In this document: positions 54,095 to 64,000 of the stretch, piece by piece
Position numbering within the stretch: position 1 is the first letter of the stretch
Layout: the number at the start of each line of letters is the position of its first letter
Source of the DNA: Candidatus Micrarchaeota archaeon
Lineage (GTDB): Archaea > Micrarchaeota > Micrarchaeia > Micrarchaeales > CABMGC01
DNA: 64,000 nt
Direction of reading: 5' to 3'
Assembly (NCBI GenBank): GCA_027371545.1
Contig: DAHXMW010000001.1
Span: forward strand, 9,378 to 73,377
Position numbers and translations under genes: made by a program
The notes under the pieces: model-generated
Seen by the model: only the letters and a program-made list of their open reading frames with translations
What the model was told of the DNA's origin: nothing
Databases searched by the model: none

Positions 54095-56026
54095 ATGCTT
54101 GATATAATGGCTGATGAACCTTATTCCTATGCCTTGGAAGATTTTGCCCATCACATATACGAAAGGGCTAAAGAATGTTATCCCGAAGCCAATCTTGGAG
54201 AGTCTGAGGTTCGCTCTTCTGTCTCATGGCAGAAGTCTGCTGACAAAGATCTCGCCTCTTCGATAGCATTCAAACTTTCCAAAATGCTGAAGAGGAATCC
54301 AAGAGAGATAGCCGATAAACTCTTCAAGAGCGCAGAAATACCCGGAAAGATACCGTATAGAATAAGCAGCGAGAACGGGTATATCAATGCAAGGTTCGAT
54401 AGGGCTAGGTTTTCGGGAGCGGTGCTTCAATATATCAACTCAGAAGATATGACGCACCGGCAAGGCGCAGGATCGAAGCCGAAAGGATTTGTCCTCGCAG
54501 AGTTCCCTAGCGTCAATCCAAACAAGCCGTGGCACATAGGCCATCTCAGGAATGCGCTTCTTGGAGATTCCGTATCGAGGATAATTGAGGCCGACGGATT
54601 CTCGGTAATAAGACAGGATTACATAGACGATCTCGGACTCCAGATTGCGGAGAGCGTATGGGGCTATATCAAACTAAACGGTAATCCTGATAAAAAATTC
54701 GATCAGTGGCTTGGGGAGCAGTATGTTGCGGTAAACAAGGAGATGGAACACGATGGCGTGAAAGAGGAGGTGAACCGTGTGCTCAAGCGCATGGAAGAAG
54801 GCAATACTGAAGAAGCAAGGACCGCGCGCCTTATCGCTGAGAGATGCGTAGCTGCCCAATATGCCACGGCGTTCGAATACGGGATATATCACGACATGCT
54901 GGTCTGGGAGAGCGATATAATAAGGGAAAGGCTTCTTGAGCAGGCTATTGGGCTGCTTGAGCAAAAACACTTCATAGAGAATGTAACAGAGGGTAAGTAC
55001 AAGGGCTGCAAGATAATAAACTTATCAAGCATCAGGAGCAGCGGCTCGGCTTTGGCTGAAGGTCTAGTAGAGAGGGACGATGAAGCAAAGGTTCTAGTCA
55101 GGAGCAGCGGCGCCGCTACATACCTGGCAAAGGACATAGCTTTCCACATGTTTAAGTTCGGCCTTATAGGCAAGGGGATGCGGGTAAGCACATTCTTGGA
55201 GAAGCAGCCAAACGGCAATCCAGTATTTACGACGTCTTCCAGCGGAGAGGAACTCAAGCAGCCTCCATGCGACATGGCTATAAACGTCATAGGCTCTGCG
55301 CAGGATTACCTGCAGCTGCTGTTAAAGTCGTCATTTATCGCCATGGGTATGGATGAAGTTGCGAATAAGATAATACACCTCTCTTACGGTGAAGTCAACA
55401 TAGAAGGCTCCGACCTTAGCGGCAGGAGGGGCGGATGGCTTGGCGAAGGGCGCAACTACACTGCGGATGATCTTCTTGCAGTCACATCATCAAAAGCCGC
55501 AGAGATGCTGCGGAGCAGCAAGAAGTTCGAGATCAGCGAAAATCTCGAAGATACCGCAAGAAGGATAGCGCTCTCTGCAATAAAATTCGAGTTCCTTAAG
55601 ATATCTCCCGAGAGGCGCATCACATTCTCATGGGAGAAGGCACTGAAGTTCGAAGGAGAGACAGGACCATATTGCATATATACCTACGCAAGGTCCAGGA
55701 AGATCCTCAAGAACGCAGGATATACGCTTGATTCAAGCCGTGAACCGGACTGTTCAGCAGTTACAGAAGGCGAGGATTATATCCTGATAAAGCTACTTGC
55801 GGCAAAGGCGGAGTGCATAAAAAAGGCAGCACGCGAATTCAGACCTGACATAATTGCAGATTACCTGATAGCCATATGCTCCTCATTCAGCAGATTCTAT
55901 GAAAAGTACCCTGTGATCAAGGGTGGTGAGAGCAAAGAATTCCGCCTTTGTCTTGTATATGCCGTCTCATTTGCCATAAAGGACCTTCTCATGCTTCTTG
56001 GAATAGAGACTGTTGAATCTATGTAG
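54095..56026 (+). CDS. argS: arginine--tRNA ligase
   Basis: 'SVNPNKPWHIGHLRNALLGD' (HIGH), DALR anticodon-binding C-terminal domain, terminal Met. Confidence 0.85.
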   Translation: MLDIMADEPYSYALEDFAHHIYERAKECYPEANLGESEVRSSVSWQKSADKDLASSIAFKLSKMLKRNPREIADKLFKSAEIPGKIPYRISSENGYINARFDRARFSGAVLQYINSEDMTHRQGAGSKPKGFVLAEFPSVNPNKPWHIGHLRNALLGDSVSRIIEADGFSVIRQDYIDDLGLQIAESVWGYIKLNGNPDKKFDQWLGEQYVAVNKEMEHDGVKEEVNRVLKRMEEGNTEEARTARLIAERCVAAQYATAFEYGIYHDMLVWESDIIRERLLEQAIGLLEQKHFIENVTEGKYKGCKIINLSSIRSSGSALAEGLVERDDEAKVLVRSSGAATYLAKDIAFHMFKFGLIGKGMRVSTFLEKQPNGNPVFTTSSSGEELKQPPCDMAINVIGSAQDYLQLLLKSSFIAMGMDEVANKIIHLSYGEVNIEGSDLSGRRGGWLGEGRNYTADDLLAVTSSKAAEMLRSSKKFEISENLEDTARRIALSAIKFEFLKISPERRITFSWEKALKFEGETGPYCIYTYARSRKILKNAGYTLDSSREPDCSAVTEGEDYILIKLLAAKAECIKKAAREFRPDIIADYLIAICSSFSRFYEKYPVIKGGESKEFRLCLVYAVSFAIKDLLMLLGIETVESM

Positions 56027-56801
56027 CCCCGCTTTTATCCGCAGCTTCAAGAGACTTTGCTACTTCTTCAGATTCATCATGCTCGATTCCATATCTCTTC
56101 ATAAAGAACGTGGCAATATTGTGCACATCCCTCTCCAGGAATTCCCTGGCTCTTGGATGGTCTATGCTTACCGCCTGCCCAAAATCTATGATGTAAGGCG
56201 TATCATTCTTTACAAGCACATTGTATTCGCTCATATCCCCATGCACCAGTCCATAGCTGCTCAACTTGCGCATAGACTCGAATATCCCTTCCATTATCCT
56301 TTCAGGGTGCTCTGATTTTGTGTCCTTCAATCTTGGCGAAGGAACCCCATTTTCTCCTATAAATTCCATTGCGAGCACATTTCCATTGGCATAATACGGC
56401 ATAGGCGCCATCACCCCTGCCTCCTTCGCTATCTTCAAGTTTCCGTATTCTTTTCTGCACCATATGCCTATAAGTTTATTTACGTCTGTGCTCTTCCCAG
56501 AAAACCTTCTGTCCCCTCTTATGTAATCCTCCCTCTTTCCAAAGCTTGAGGTCTCCATCCTGAATATTTTCAGGAGCACAACATCCTCCTTCACCCTGCG
56601 TCCGTTCTGGGCTAAATAAATATCTGCTTCCTTGCCGCTCGCTATCTGAAAGTATATTGACGAGATTATTCCTATCCCGAAAAGCTTCTTCAGACTGGAA
56701 GTGGTCCTATCATCAATTGACGAGCTGCCGAACTTTAGCACTTCCTTCAGCGTAAACCGGTCCCTGTCTGGCCGTTTCCTCTTGCTTACCATCCGCGACA
56801 T
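56019..56801 (-). CDS. RIO-type serine protein kinase (Rio1-like)
   Basis: 'IASGKEADIYLA', 'LVHGDMSEYNVLV', 'IIDFGQAV'. Confidence 0.85.
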   Translation of the reverse strand: MSRMVSKRKRPDRDRFTLKEVLKFGSSSIDDRTTSSLKKLFGIGIISSIYFQIASGKEADIYLAQNGRRVKEDVVLLKIFRMETSSFGKREDYIRGDRRFSGKSTDVNKLIGIWCRKEYGNLKIAKEAGVMAPMPYYANGNVLAMEFIGENGVPSPRLKDTKSEHPERIMEGIFESMRKLSSYGLVHGDMSEYNVLVKNDTPYIIDFGQAVSIDHPRAREFLERDVHNIATFFMKRYGIEHDESEEVAKSLEAADKSGAT

Positions 56802-56857
56802 GATATAATATCCCTCCCAACATTTCTATATTTATTCTTTGCCTGAGCAGTCTCACC

Positions 56858-57508
56858 ATGAGTGTGCGCATAATTGCAGATAACAGGGAAAGATCCGAGA
56901 ACATCTTGGAAACTCTCGTATCCATGGATTCTTTAGTAGAGATCTTGCAGTTGCCCGTAGGGGATTATGTCCTCTCCGACAGGATATGTGTGGAAAGAAA
57001 GAGCGCACCAGACTTCGAAAACTCAATAATAGACGGCAGGCTCTTCGAACAGGCAAAACGCCTTTCAGAAGGGTTCGAGCGGCCCATAATGATAATAGAA
57101 GCATCCGAGCAGCAGCCGCGTATAAGAAGGAATGCACTGATATCTGCGGTACTTAAGCTCTATACCACATACGGCATACAAGTAATATTTACAGAGAGCG
57201 ATGAGGATACTGCATTCACGCTGCACAAGATAGCTGAATTTGAGCAGGAAGAGAACAAAAGGCAGCCTGTGATAAGGGGACAGCGCAGGAAGCGCACCGA
57301 TTACGACATACAGCTGAGCATCCTGAGTTCCATACCGGGCATAGGCGAGAAGCTTGCTTCGTGCCTCCTCTCAAATTTTGGCAGCGTAAAGAACGTCATG
57401 ATGGCAGATACAAAAGAGCTGCAGAAGGTCAATAAGATAGGCAGAAAGAAGGCAGAAGCCATATACCATTCCCTGAATGGCGCGCCTGATAATGGGGCAT
57501 CCCAATGA
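56858..57508 (+). CDS. short-form XPF/ERCC4 structure-specific nuclease with C-terminal (HhH)2
   Basis: 'IIADNRE', 'LPVGDYVL', 'VERKSAPDF', 'IPGIGEKLA...NKIGRKKAEAI'. Confidence 0.8.
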   Translation: MSVRIIADNRERSENILETLVSMDSLVEILQLPVGDYVLSDRICVERKSAPDFENSIIDGRLFEQAKRLSEGFERPIMIIEASEQQPRIRRNALISAVLKLYTTYGIQVIFTESDEDTAFTLHKIAEFEQEENKRQPVIRGQRRKRTDYDIQLSILSSIPGIGEKLASCLLSNFGSVKNVMMADTKELQKVNKIGRKKAEAIYHSLNGAPDNGASQ

Positions 57509-58137
57509 AACTTATCGAGAGAATATTCAACGGCGGGGAGCAGGGCATAATAAAGAAGAGCAAAGTAATAGCCGAACACGCCAAAAAGGCCAACGCGCTA
57601 ATGCTTCAGGTAATCTCTGGCAGCAGGGACATATCCGGAATAAGGCGGCTCGAGCGGCTCTCCGATTCTGAACTGTTCAACCTTACCAATTCCGTAACAT
57701 CTGGTTCAATAGCACCAAATCTTATAGATGACGTAATAAGGTTCCTGAATACGGAGGACGACATAGTTGACAATATATTCAACCTATCAAGGGCTGTCAT
57801 ACGCTACGATGGCGGCTCACCTGCAATGAGGAAGTACCTAGGTTCAAATCTCAGCAAGTTCAATCTATTCACGGACAGAGCTCTCGGGCTTCTCATAGAG
57901 ATGCATTCCGCGGAGAGAATATCAGAGATGCGAAAATTCAGGACCGAGATAGAAAAATACGAGAGGAAAGTAGATGACGTAAAGGACGCGATGCTGAATT
58001 ATGCATATGCTGCCAAGCTCAACTACAAGCAGTTCGCGCACACAACCGACATAGCATATCTTGGGGATAACATACTCGACAGCTGCGAAGATTCCGCTGA
58101 CAGGCTGCTGGGAATAATGCTCTCGATAGCCACATGA
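57505..58137 (+). CDS. DUF47/PhoU-like protein (PiT-associated regulator)
   Basis: Helical about 200 aa protein, ATGA-coupled upstream and 10 nt before a PiT-like permease. This is the classic DUF47-PiT pairing. Confidence 0.5.
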   Translation: MKLIERIFNGGEQGIIKKSKVIAEHAKKANALMLQVISGSRDISGIRRLERLSDSELFNLTNSVTSGSIAPNLIDDVIRFLNTEDDIVDNIFNLSRAVIRYDGGSPAMRKYLGSNLSKFNLFTDRALGLLIEMHSAERISEMRKFRTEIEKYERKVDDVKDAMLNYAYAAKLNYKQFAHTTDIAYLGDNILDSCEDSADRLLGIMLSIAT

Positions 58138-58147
58138 GCGTGATGGG

Positions 58148-59062
58148 TTGATAGGTGCGTTAACATATGTCATGGCCCTCTTCCTCATAGCCCTCGTCTC
58201 AGGGAACAACCTCACTGCGTGCTCCGGTTCAATAATAGCAGGAAGGATCGTGGGAAAGAAGACGGGGATAATCCTTACAATAGCAGGATACTCAATAGGT
58301 TTCCTCCTGCAAGGAAGCCTACTCAGCACAGGCATAAACGCAATACTGCCTGTAAGATCGGACCAGAGCATACTTCTTGCACTCAGCATCGCAACCCTGA
58401 TATTCCTGATAGCCCATCGCTTCAGGGTACCGCAATCGCTCTCGATAACCCTCTCCATGACTGCCCTTGGCATAAGCACCGCATTAGGCCTTGCCGTAGA
58501 CTGGAGTTTTATAGCATACATGATTGCCTTCTGGATAGCCGCTGCCCTCATGTGCGCAGTTTTCGCATTTGCAACAATGCGTGCAACAAGAGGCTTCATG
58601 TCAAAGGTAAAGATATGGAAGGCGTTGTCCTCGGTCAAAGCGCTTCTTATACTTATCTCATTCTTTACTGCGTTTACTCTCGGTGCGAATACAATAGGGT
58701 TCCTGTACGTCTCACTTCCAGGCAGAGTGCCAGAGTTTATGATAATAGCCGCAATAGTATTCGGCTCTTTCGTCTTCAGCGCAGGAGAGATTAAAAGAGT
58801 AGGCAGCGATATACTCCCATTAAGGTACCTGAATGCCCTGGTCTCGCAATCGATATCAGTACTCCTGGTCGAGGCCGCAACTCTCTCCAGCGTGCCCCTG
58901 TCCAATACGCAGACGTTCATAGCAAGTCTATATGGATCTGCCGTGAGCTACAGGACGCGAATAATACGCAAGCGCCCGGCTGAGACAATACTATTTACCT
59001 GGATTGTAACTTCTCTGGTAAGCTTCAGCGCAGGCTTCCTCCTTACGAAGATACTCCTATAA
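58148..59062 (+). CDS. inorganic phosphate (or sulfate) transporter, PiT/PHO4-like
   Basis: About 10 TM segments. Two degenerate GANDxxN-like repeats ('SGNNLTA', 'LGANTIG'). Confidence 0.5.
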   Translation: MIGALTYVMALFLIALVSGNNLTACSGSIIAGRIVGKKTGIILTIAGYSIGFLLQGSLLSTGINAILPVRSDQSILLALSIATLIFLIAHRFRVPQSLSITLSMTALGISTALGLAVDWSFIAYMIAFWIAAALMCAVFAFATMRATRGFMSKVKIWKALSSVKALLILISFFTAFTLGANTIGFLYVSLPGRVPEFMIIAAIVFGSFVFSAGEIKRVGSDILPLRYLNALVSQSISVLLVEAATLSSVPLSNTQTFIASLYGSAVSYRTRIIRKRPAETILFTWIVTSLVSFSAGFLLTKILL

Positions 59063-59150
59063 TATAAAGATGCGCTGGACTCTTGCGAAATCAGTTTATT
59101 ATTCTTTTCATGCCAATCTGTATTACAAGCACTTCACGAGGCAAGTTTAA

Positions 59151-59897
59151 ATGAACATACAGTCAAAGATACTATTCTACATAATAGCAGTTCTAGGCGT
59201 GCTACTCTTCGGCACTGTGGGAACCTACATAATAGGTTCGCACGGCGGCTTTAGCGTAAATGTCAATTCTCCGCTTACCGCTCTTTACTTTACCATTGTT
59301 ACACTCTCTACTGTGGGATATGGTGACATAGTTCCAGTCTCCACAGCCGCAAGAATATTTGTCATAATATTGATAGTCTCGGGTTTGACTATATTCCTAA
59401 GTGCAATAACGTTTCTTGGAAGTGATTTCATGAATTCAAAAATAGACCAGTTATCCGGAGGAATAGCCTCTGTCGAGCGCAAGTTCCTGAGCAACCACAT
59501 AGTACTTATAGGGACAGATACTACTAACGCATCAATCGCAAAGAAGCTTAAGAAGGCAAAGCAGAAGTTCATAATAATAACTTCGGATAAGGTTGTATAC
59601 GACAAGCTCAGGGAGCATGGCTACAAGGCTTACGTGGCAGATTCGACATCAGTCCAGGACATGAAAAAATTTGAGCTTCACAGGGCAAAGGAAATAATAA
59701 TAGATCTCAAGGATAATTCCAGAACAGTATATTCAGTAATAGTTGCAAGGGACATCGCAAAGAATGTAAAATTAAGGATAATAGCGACAAACGAGGATAC
59801 CGAGAGGCACCTCAAGGAGATGGGCTACAATAACGTGATAAATCCAGCAGAGGCAATAGCAGTAGAGATAGTGGGCAGCATGGGTGTAAAGGTTTGA
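59151..59897 (+). CDS. 2-TM potassium channel with cytoplasmic RCK/TrkA-N domain (MthK-like)
   Basis: Selectivity filter 'TLSTVGYGD'; RCK region 'HIVLIGTDTTNASIAKKL'. Confidence 0.85.
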   Translation: MNIQSKILFYIIAVLGVLLFGTVGTYIIGSHGGFSVNVNSPLTALYFTIVTLSTVGYGDIVPVSTAARIFVIILIVSGLTIFLSAITFLGSDFMNSKIDQLSGGIASVERKFLSNHIVLIGTDTTNASIAKKLKKAKQKFIIITSDKVVYDKLREHGYKAYVADSTSVQDMKKFELHRAKEIIIDLKDNSRTVYSVIVARDIAKNVKLRIIATNEDTERHLKEMGYNNVINPAEAIAVEIVGSMGVKV

Positions 59898-62332
59898 GCA
59901 AAATTGGAGGAGCAGGCACCAAAACCGAAAAGACCGCAGATTTTACTGAACTGTTCGCAAAGCTTAACTCCTCAGAAAACGGGATAACCGAGACAGAGGC
60001 GGATAAGCGCATACAGAAGTACGGGTACAACGAGATTATAGAGAAGAAGAAAAGTCCTATATTCCTCTTCCTTAAGAAATTCACAGGTCCGATACCGTTC
60101 ATGCTGGAAATAGTCATAGTAATAACATACCTGATAAACGACTACAAGGACCTTTACATAATAGCCGCTCTTCTAGTGTTCAACGGCATAGTTGGATTCA
60201 TTGAAGAGTACAGGGCCGACAGTTCGGTAGAGCTCCTGAAGAAAAGGCTTCAGGTAATGACCCGTGTCCTTAGGTCTGGAAAGTGGAAACGCGCTGAGGC
60301 GCGCAGCCTTGTACCAGGGGACATAATCCGCGTCAGGATAGGTGACATAGTTCCTGCGGATAGCGCTGTAATATCTGAGCAGGATCTGCACCTTGACCAA
60401 TCCATACTTACGGGGGAAGCAATGCCCGTAAAGAAGCAGGGAGGAAGCACCATATACTCAGGTTCCGTTGTCAAGGAAGGCGAGGCTCTCTGCATTGTCA
60501 CCGGCACAGGTTACAACACCTACTATGGTCATACTACAAAGCTGGTGCAGGACGCAAAGCCCAAGCTGCATTTGCAGGGAGTGATAATGGGCATAGTAAA
60601 GAACCTCATAGTTATGGATCTCGCAGTAGCGGCGATAATATTCGCATACTCATTTGTGTTTCTGCACCTCGGCATAACAGAGCTGCTTCCTTTCGTTCTT
60701 GTTATAATAATAGCATCGGTTCCTGTCGCCCTGCCCACTGCGTTTACCGTAACAATGGCCCTCGGGACGGAGAAGCTGGCAAAGAAATCCGTTCTTGTTA
60801 CCAAGCTAGAGGCGATAGAAGAAGCATCCAACATGAATGTAATATGTTTTGACAAGACAGGGACAATAACGGAGAACATGCTTCAAGTAAGGGACGTATT
60901 CTGCGCCTCAGGCGTGGCTGAGAAGGACGTTCTCCTTGCAGCTGCCCTAGCCTCGCGGGCTGAGGACAACGATCCGATTGACAACGCTGTCTTAGGCTCA
61001 GCGGCCCAGAAAGGAGTTGACATCAAGCCGTACACGCAGGAGAAGTTTATACCGTTCAAACCAGCCACTAAGATGTCAAGTGCCGATGTCCGCTACAAAT
61101 CGGGAAGCATGAGGGTTTACAAGGGCGCATATCAGGTGATAGCTGGGATTGCAAAGCAGAATCCGCACGAGGCAAAGATAATGGAAGCAAAAGTGGCTGA
61201 GTTTTCAAAGAAGCAGTTCAGGACTATAGCAGTTGCGGAATCCAAAGGTGGAAAGGCACGACTTCTGGGAATACTCGCGCTTTACGATAGGCCAAGAAAG
61301 GACGCGAAGAAAACCATCTCTGAGATACGGGCACTTGGCATAAGGGTAAAGATGCTAACAGGAGACAACGTGCACATAGCAGAAGAAATTGCAAAGGAGG
61401 TAGGGATAAACGGAAAGGTTGCTGACATAGCAAAACTGAAGAAGATGCCTCATGAGGAGATGCTAAAAGAGATAGATGACACAGAGGTGTTTGCAGAGAT
61501 ATACCCTGAAGACAAGTATACCATAGTAAAGGCGCTTCAGGAAAAAGGCTATAGGGTCGGGATGACTGGGGATGGGGTAAACGATGCCCCGGCGCTAAAA
61601 CAGGCCGAGGTCGGGATAGCCGTTGCAAATGCTACAGACGTAGCCAAGAGCGTCGCAGCGATAGTCCTTACGAAAAACGGGGTGGAGGTAATAAACGATG
61701 CAGTTGTGGAAAGCAGGAAGATATTCGAGCGGATGATGACTTATACCATGGTTAAGATAACAAGAGTGATACAGATAGTATTCTTCATAATGCTTGCGCT
61801 CTTCGTGCTCGGCACCATACCTATATTGCCATTTGAGCTTATACTGCTTATATTCACAAACGATATAGTAAACATAGCCGTTGCAACGGATCATACAATA
61901 TACTCGTCGATGCCTGATACATGGGATATAGGCAAGATCATGCGCTCCTCATTCATAATGGGCTTCATGATGCTCATCGTCTCGCTTGCATTCATACCGC
62001 TTGGCATCGTCCTAGGCCTTGGTGCTGCAGCGTTCCAGACATTTGATTTTCTTATGATAAATATAACTGACAACCTGCTCTTCTATGCCGTGCGCGGAAG
62101 GGAGAAGCTATTCGGTTTGAAGCCGACAAAGACGCTGATTATAGCATCTGCTTTTGGAATAGCATTCGGAATAACCGTATCATATTTCGGAATACTTGTA
62201 ACAGGCATAGGCACATTCGCAATAGCATTGCTTATAGTACTTGCAATAATACTTATGCTCTTATTCGATATGGTAAAGTCATTCATATTCAGGAAAGTCG
62301 TAAAGTGGCAGACGCTCACAGGAACGCGCTGA
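59894..62332 (+). CDS. P-type ATPase, plasma-membrane H+-ATPase-like (type III)
   Basis: 'TGEA', 'CFDKTGTITEN', 'MLTGDN', 'MTGDGVNDAPALKQAEVGIAV'. TTG start overlaps the channel's stop codon. Confidence 0.8.
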   Translation: MSKIGGAGTKTEKTADFTELFAKLNSSENGITETEADKRIQKYGYNEIIEKKKSPIFLFLKKFTGPIPFMLEIVIVITYLINDYKDLYIIAALLVFNGIVGFIEEYRADSSVELLKKRLQVMTRVLRSGKWKRAEARSLVPGDIIRVRIGDIVPADSAVISEQDLHLDQSILTGEAMPVKKQGGSTIYSGSVVKEGEALCIVTGTGYNTYYGHTTKLVQDAKPKLHLQGVIMGIVKNLIVMDLAVAAIIFAYSFVFLHLGITELLPFVLVIIIASVPVALPTAFTVTMALGTEKLAKKSVLVTKLEAIEEASNMNVICFDKTGTITENMLQVRDVFCASGVAEKDVLLAAALASRAEDNDPIDNAVLGSAAQKGVDIKPYTQEKFIPFKPATKMSSADVRYKSGSMRVYKGAYQVIAGIAKQNPHEAKIMEAKVAEFSKKQFRTIAVAESKGGKARLLGILALYDRPRKDAKKTISEIRALGIRVKMLTGDNVHIAEEIAKEVGINGKVADIAKLKKMPHEEMLKEIDDTEVFAEIYPEDKYTIVKALQEKGYRVGMTGDGVNDAPALKQAEVGIAVANATDVAKSVAAIVLTKNGVEVINDAVVESRKIFERMMTYTMVKITRVIQIVFFIMLALFVLGTIPILPFELILLIFTNDIVNIAVATDHTIYSSMPDTWDIGKIMRSSFIMGFMMLIVSLAFIPLGIVLGLGAAAFQTFDFLMINITDNLLFYAVRGREKLFGLKPTKTLIIASAFGIAFGITVSYFGILVTGIGTFAIALLIVLAIILMLLFDMVKSFIFRKVVKWQTLTGTR

Positions 62333-62337
62333 GGCAA

Positions 62338-63366
62338 TCAGATATTCCTAAGTATGTACCTGCCTACTTCTGAACACTTGGATTCCCCGCCTACATCGTA
62401 TGTCTTTATTCCACCTTCCAGCGAAGCTGCAACTGCGCTCTCTATTCTCTCCGCAGCGCTCTCGCTTCCCATCCACTCAAACATCATCTTTGCGGAAAGT
62501 ATGGTTGCAATCGGGTTTACCTTGTCTAGTCCCGCATATTTCGGAGCAGATCCGTGGACAGGCTCGAACATTGCATATCCATCACCTATATTGGCAGAAG
62601 GCCCGACACCTATTCCGCCCACTATCATCGCCGCTTCATCGGATAATATATCCCCGAACAGGTTCTCGGTTACTATAACGTCATAAGATTCCGGGTTCTT
62701 TATGAGCCACTGTGCCATCGCATCAACATGCGCATCATCTATATGCACCTTCCTGTGTCCTGGGCCCAAGCCATATATGCTATCCTTGAAGAGCGCATCG
62801 GAGACCTTAAGTATATTGCCTTTATGCACTATTGTAAGGTGCTTTCTTCTCTTTTCCGCAAGATTGAGGGCAAATTCCCCTATCCTCAGGCTGCCCCTTC
62901 TCGTAATAACCCTCATCGCTGCGGCAGTATTCTGCGAGACCATGAAATCTATGCCGCTGTACATCCCTTCAGTATTCTCCCTCACTATAACAAGATCTAC
63001 ATTATCCTTTACAGCTGGCACGCCTTTTCTTGTCTTGCAGGGCCTTACATCAGCGTAGAGACTGAACATCTTCCTTATCTTCACGGCAGCACTAACTTCG
63101 GATCCTGCTCCTTCAGGAGTCGTCATTGGGCCCTTCATCACGCAATCGGATCTTCTAAGAAGGTCTATGGTCTTCTGCGGTAAATTGGTCCCGTACCTGC
63201 TTATGCAATTGTATCCTGCATCGCCTATGCGTATCCTTGCCGTTATCCCCGCATCTGCCGCTGCCTTCCTTATAACAGGAAGCACAACCTTCATTATCTC
63301 AGGCCCGGTTCCGTCACCAGGCAGGAACGCTATTCTCCATTCCTTCTTTGCCTTTTTGTTATCCAT
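62338..63366 (-). CDS. beta-decarboxylating dehydrogenase (isocitrate / 3-isopropylmalate / homoisocitrate dehydrogenase family)
   Basis: 'LPGDGTGPEI', 'MKGPMTTP', 'LYADVRP', 'VRENTEGMYSG', 'NLFGDILSDEAA', 'EPVHGSAPKYAG'. 8-nt overlap with the aconitase gene suggests isocitrate. Confidence 0.7.
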   Translation of the reverse strand: MDNKKAKKEWRIAFLPGDGTGPEIMKVVLPVIRKAAADAGITARIRIGDAGYNCISRYGTNLPQKTIDLLRRSDCVMKGPMTTPEGAGSEVSAAVKIRKMFSLYADVRPCKTRKGVPAVKDNVDLVIVRENTEGMYSGIDFMVSQNTAAAMRVITRRGSLRIGEFALNLAEKRRKHLTIVHKGNILKVSDALFKDSIYGLGPGHRKVHIDDAHVDAMAQWLIKNPESYDVIVTENLFGDILSDEAAMIVGGIGVGPSANIGDGYAMFEPVHGSAPKYAGLDKVNPIATILSAKMMFEWMGSESAAERIESAVAASLEGGIKTYDVGGESKCSEVGRYILRNI

Positions 63367-64000
63367 CTCTTTCAGCCTCCAGCACTATGCGCCTAAGAAC
63401 ATAATTGAGCACTCCGCCTACTCTGCAGTACTCTACTTCAAGCTCAGATTCAAGCCTTACCATGCCAATGAATGAAGCCTCCTTTCCGGATTTGGAGGTG
63501 TAAGAGACATTTACCTCGCCCTTCGGCTTGAGCGCATCAGATATCCCTATACTGATGGGCTTCTCCGGGTCTATCCCGAGGCTTGCAAAATCCTTGTCTG
63601 CAGGAAACTCTATTGGAACTATCCCCATACCTGCAAGGTTTGAACGATGTATTCTCTCAAAGCTCTTCGCTATAACTGCTTTCACCCCAAGGAGCGCAGG
63701 GCCCTTTGCAGCCCAGTCCCTCGAGCTTCCAGAGCCGTACTCCTTGCCTCCTATAACTACAAGTGGCACTCCTTCCTTTGCATAATTCATTGCAGCATCG
63801 TATATTGGGACTCTTGACTTGTCGGGAAAATGAAGCGTATAACCGCCCTCCTCCCCATTTAGCAAAAGATTCTTTATCCTCACGTTGGCAAAGGTCCCGC
63901 GCATCATCACCTCATGATTTCCTCGTCTGGAGCCATAAGTATTGAAATTCTTCCTCTCAACTCCGTGCTCTATCAGGTACTTTCCTGCAGGAGAGTCCTG
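63359..64000 (-). CDS. acnA: aconitate hydratase (AcnA/IRP type), C-terminal swivel domain; gene continues beyond the window
   Basis: 'NFNTYGSRRGNHEVMMRGTFANVRIKN', 'VVIGGKEYGSGSSRDWAAKGPALLGVKAVIAKSFERIHRSNL'. The frame is open to base 64000. Confidence 0.85.
   Translation of the reverse strand, partial: QDSPAGKYLIEHGVERKNFNTYGSRRGNHEVMMRGTFANVRIKNLLLNGEEGGYTLHFPDKSRVPIYDAAMNYAKEGVPLVVIGGKEYGSGSSRDWAAKGPALLGVKAVIAKSFERIHRSNLAGMGIVPIEFPADKDFASLGIDPEKPISIGISDALKPKGEVNVSYTSKSGKEASFIGMVRLESELEVEYCRVGGVLNYVLRRIVLEAERDG

Noticed and set aside
57922-58920. 332-aa minus-strand ORF spanning the DUF47/PiT genes
   Set aside because: It is a mirror-frame shadow ORF. The plus strand encodes recognisable families with membrane topology. 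The antisense translation is low-complexity (A/R/I/S-rich) with no motifs, and it overlaps two separate plus-strand genes.
1-64000. Genome-wide stop-codon reassignment or read-through as the explanation for the in-frame stop-separated ORFs (S8e/7597 ORF; RHH/95-aa/CysD)
   Set aside because: TAA, TAG and TGA each terminate many recognisable proteins at their expected C-termini in this window. Examples are ArgRS ending in Met, L24 and CysD. aRF1 also carries canonical NIKS, YxCxxxF and GGQ motifs. Local read-through at 7594 remains possible and is reported as a finding.
1-64000. CRISPR arrays, transposases/integrases, prophage or defence islands
   Set aside because: I saw no regularly spaced direct repeats, no DDE/tyrosine-recombinase/serine-recombinase-like ORFs, and no restriction-modification, Cas, or known defence-domain combinations. 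The only long exact repeat I noticed is the 27-mer reported above. An exhaustive repeat search by computation is still advisable.

Overview
This window reads as a compact archaeal chromosomal segment. About 73 protein genes are packed tightly, often with 4-nt ATGA overlaps, and AT-rich BRE/TATA-like boxes sit upstream of first genes. Archaeal hallmarks include r-proteins S4e, S8e, L19e, L32e and S3Ae, RNase P Rpp29, TFB, aRF1, Topo VI-A, membrane LonB, a histone-fold protein, Sec61beta, KEOPS Cgi121, RIO kinase and a short XPF. I found no rRNA, tRNA, CRISPR array, transposase or integrase. Most of the content is housekeeping: a partial r-protein cluster, ValRS, ArgRS, OTC, UMP kinase, malic enzyme, and aconitase plus a beta-decarboxylating dehydrogenase. 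There is also an ion-handling block (DUF47-PiT, K+ channel, P-type ATPase). A loose protein-glycosylation neighbourhood lies at about 27-39 kb and 48-50 kb (GT4, GT2, AglH-like, AglB/STT3-like, GDE-like, two alkaline-phosphatase-superfamily enzymes). The most unusual locus is a four-gene minus-strand chain at 30.4-33.0 kb: RHH protein, 95-aa orphan, CysD, then a CysN-like GTPase. Its first three ORFs share one reading frame and are separated only by single stop codons. A perfect 27-nt repeat gives the RHH protein the same C-terminal MEKLRALGY peptide as CysD. The second oddity is a 127-codon open frame directly after, and in frame with, the S8e stop codon. It has no AUG/GUG/UUG start and ends in a stalk-protein-like GLGLIFG tail. 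All functional calls rest on motif recognition by eye. No database search was run.
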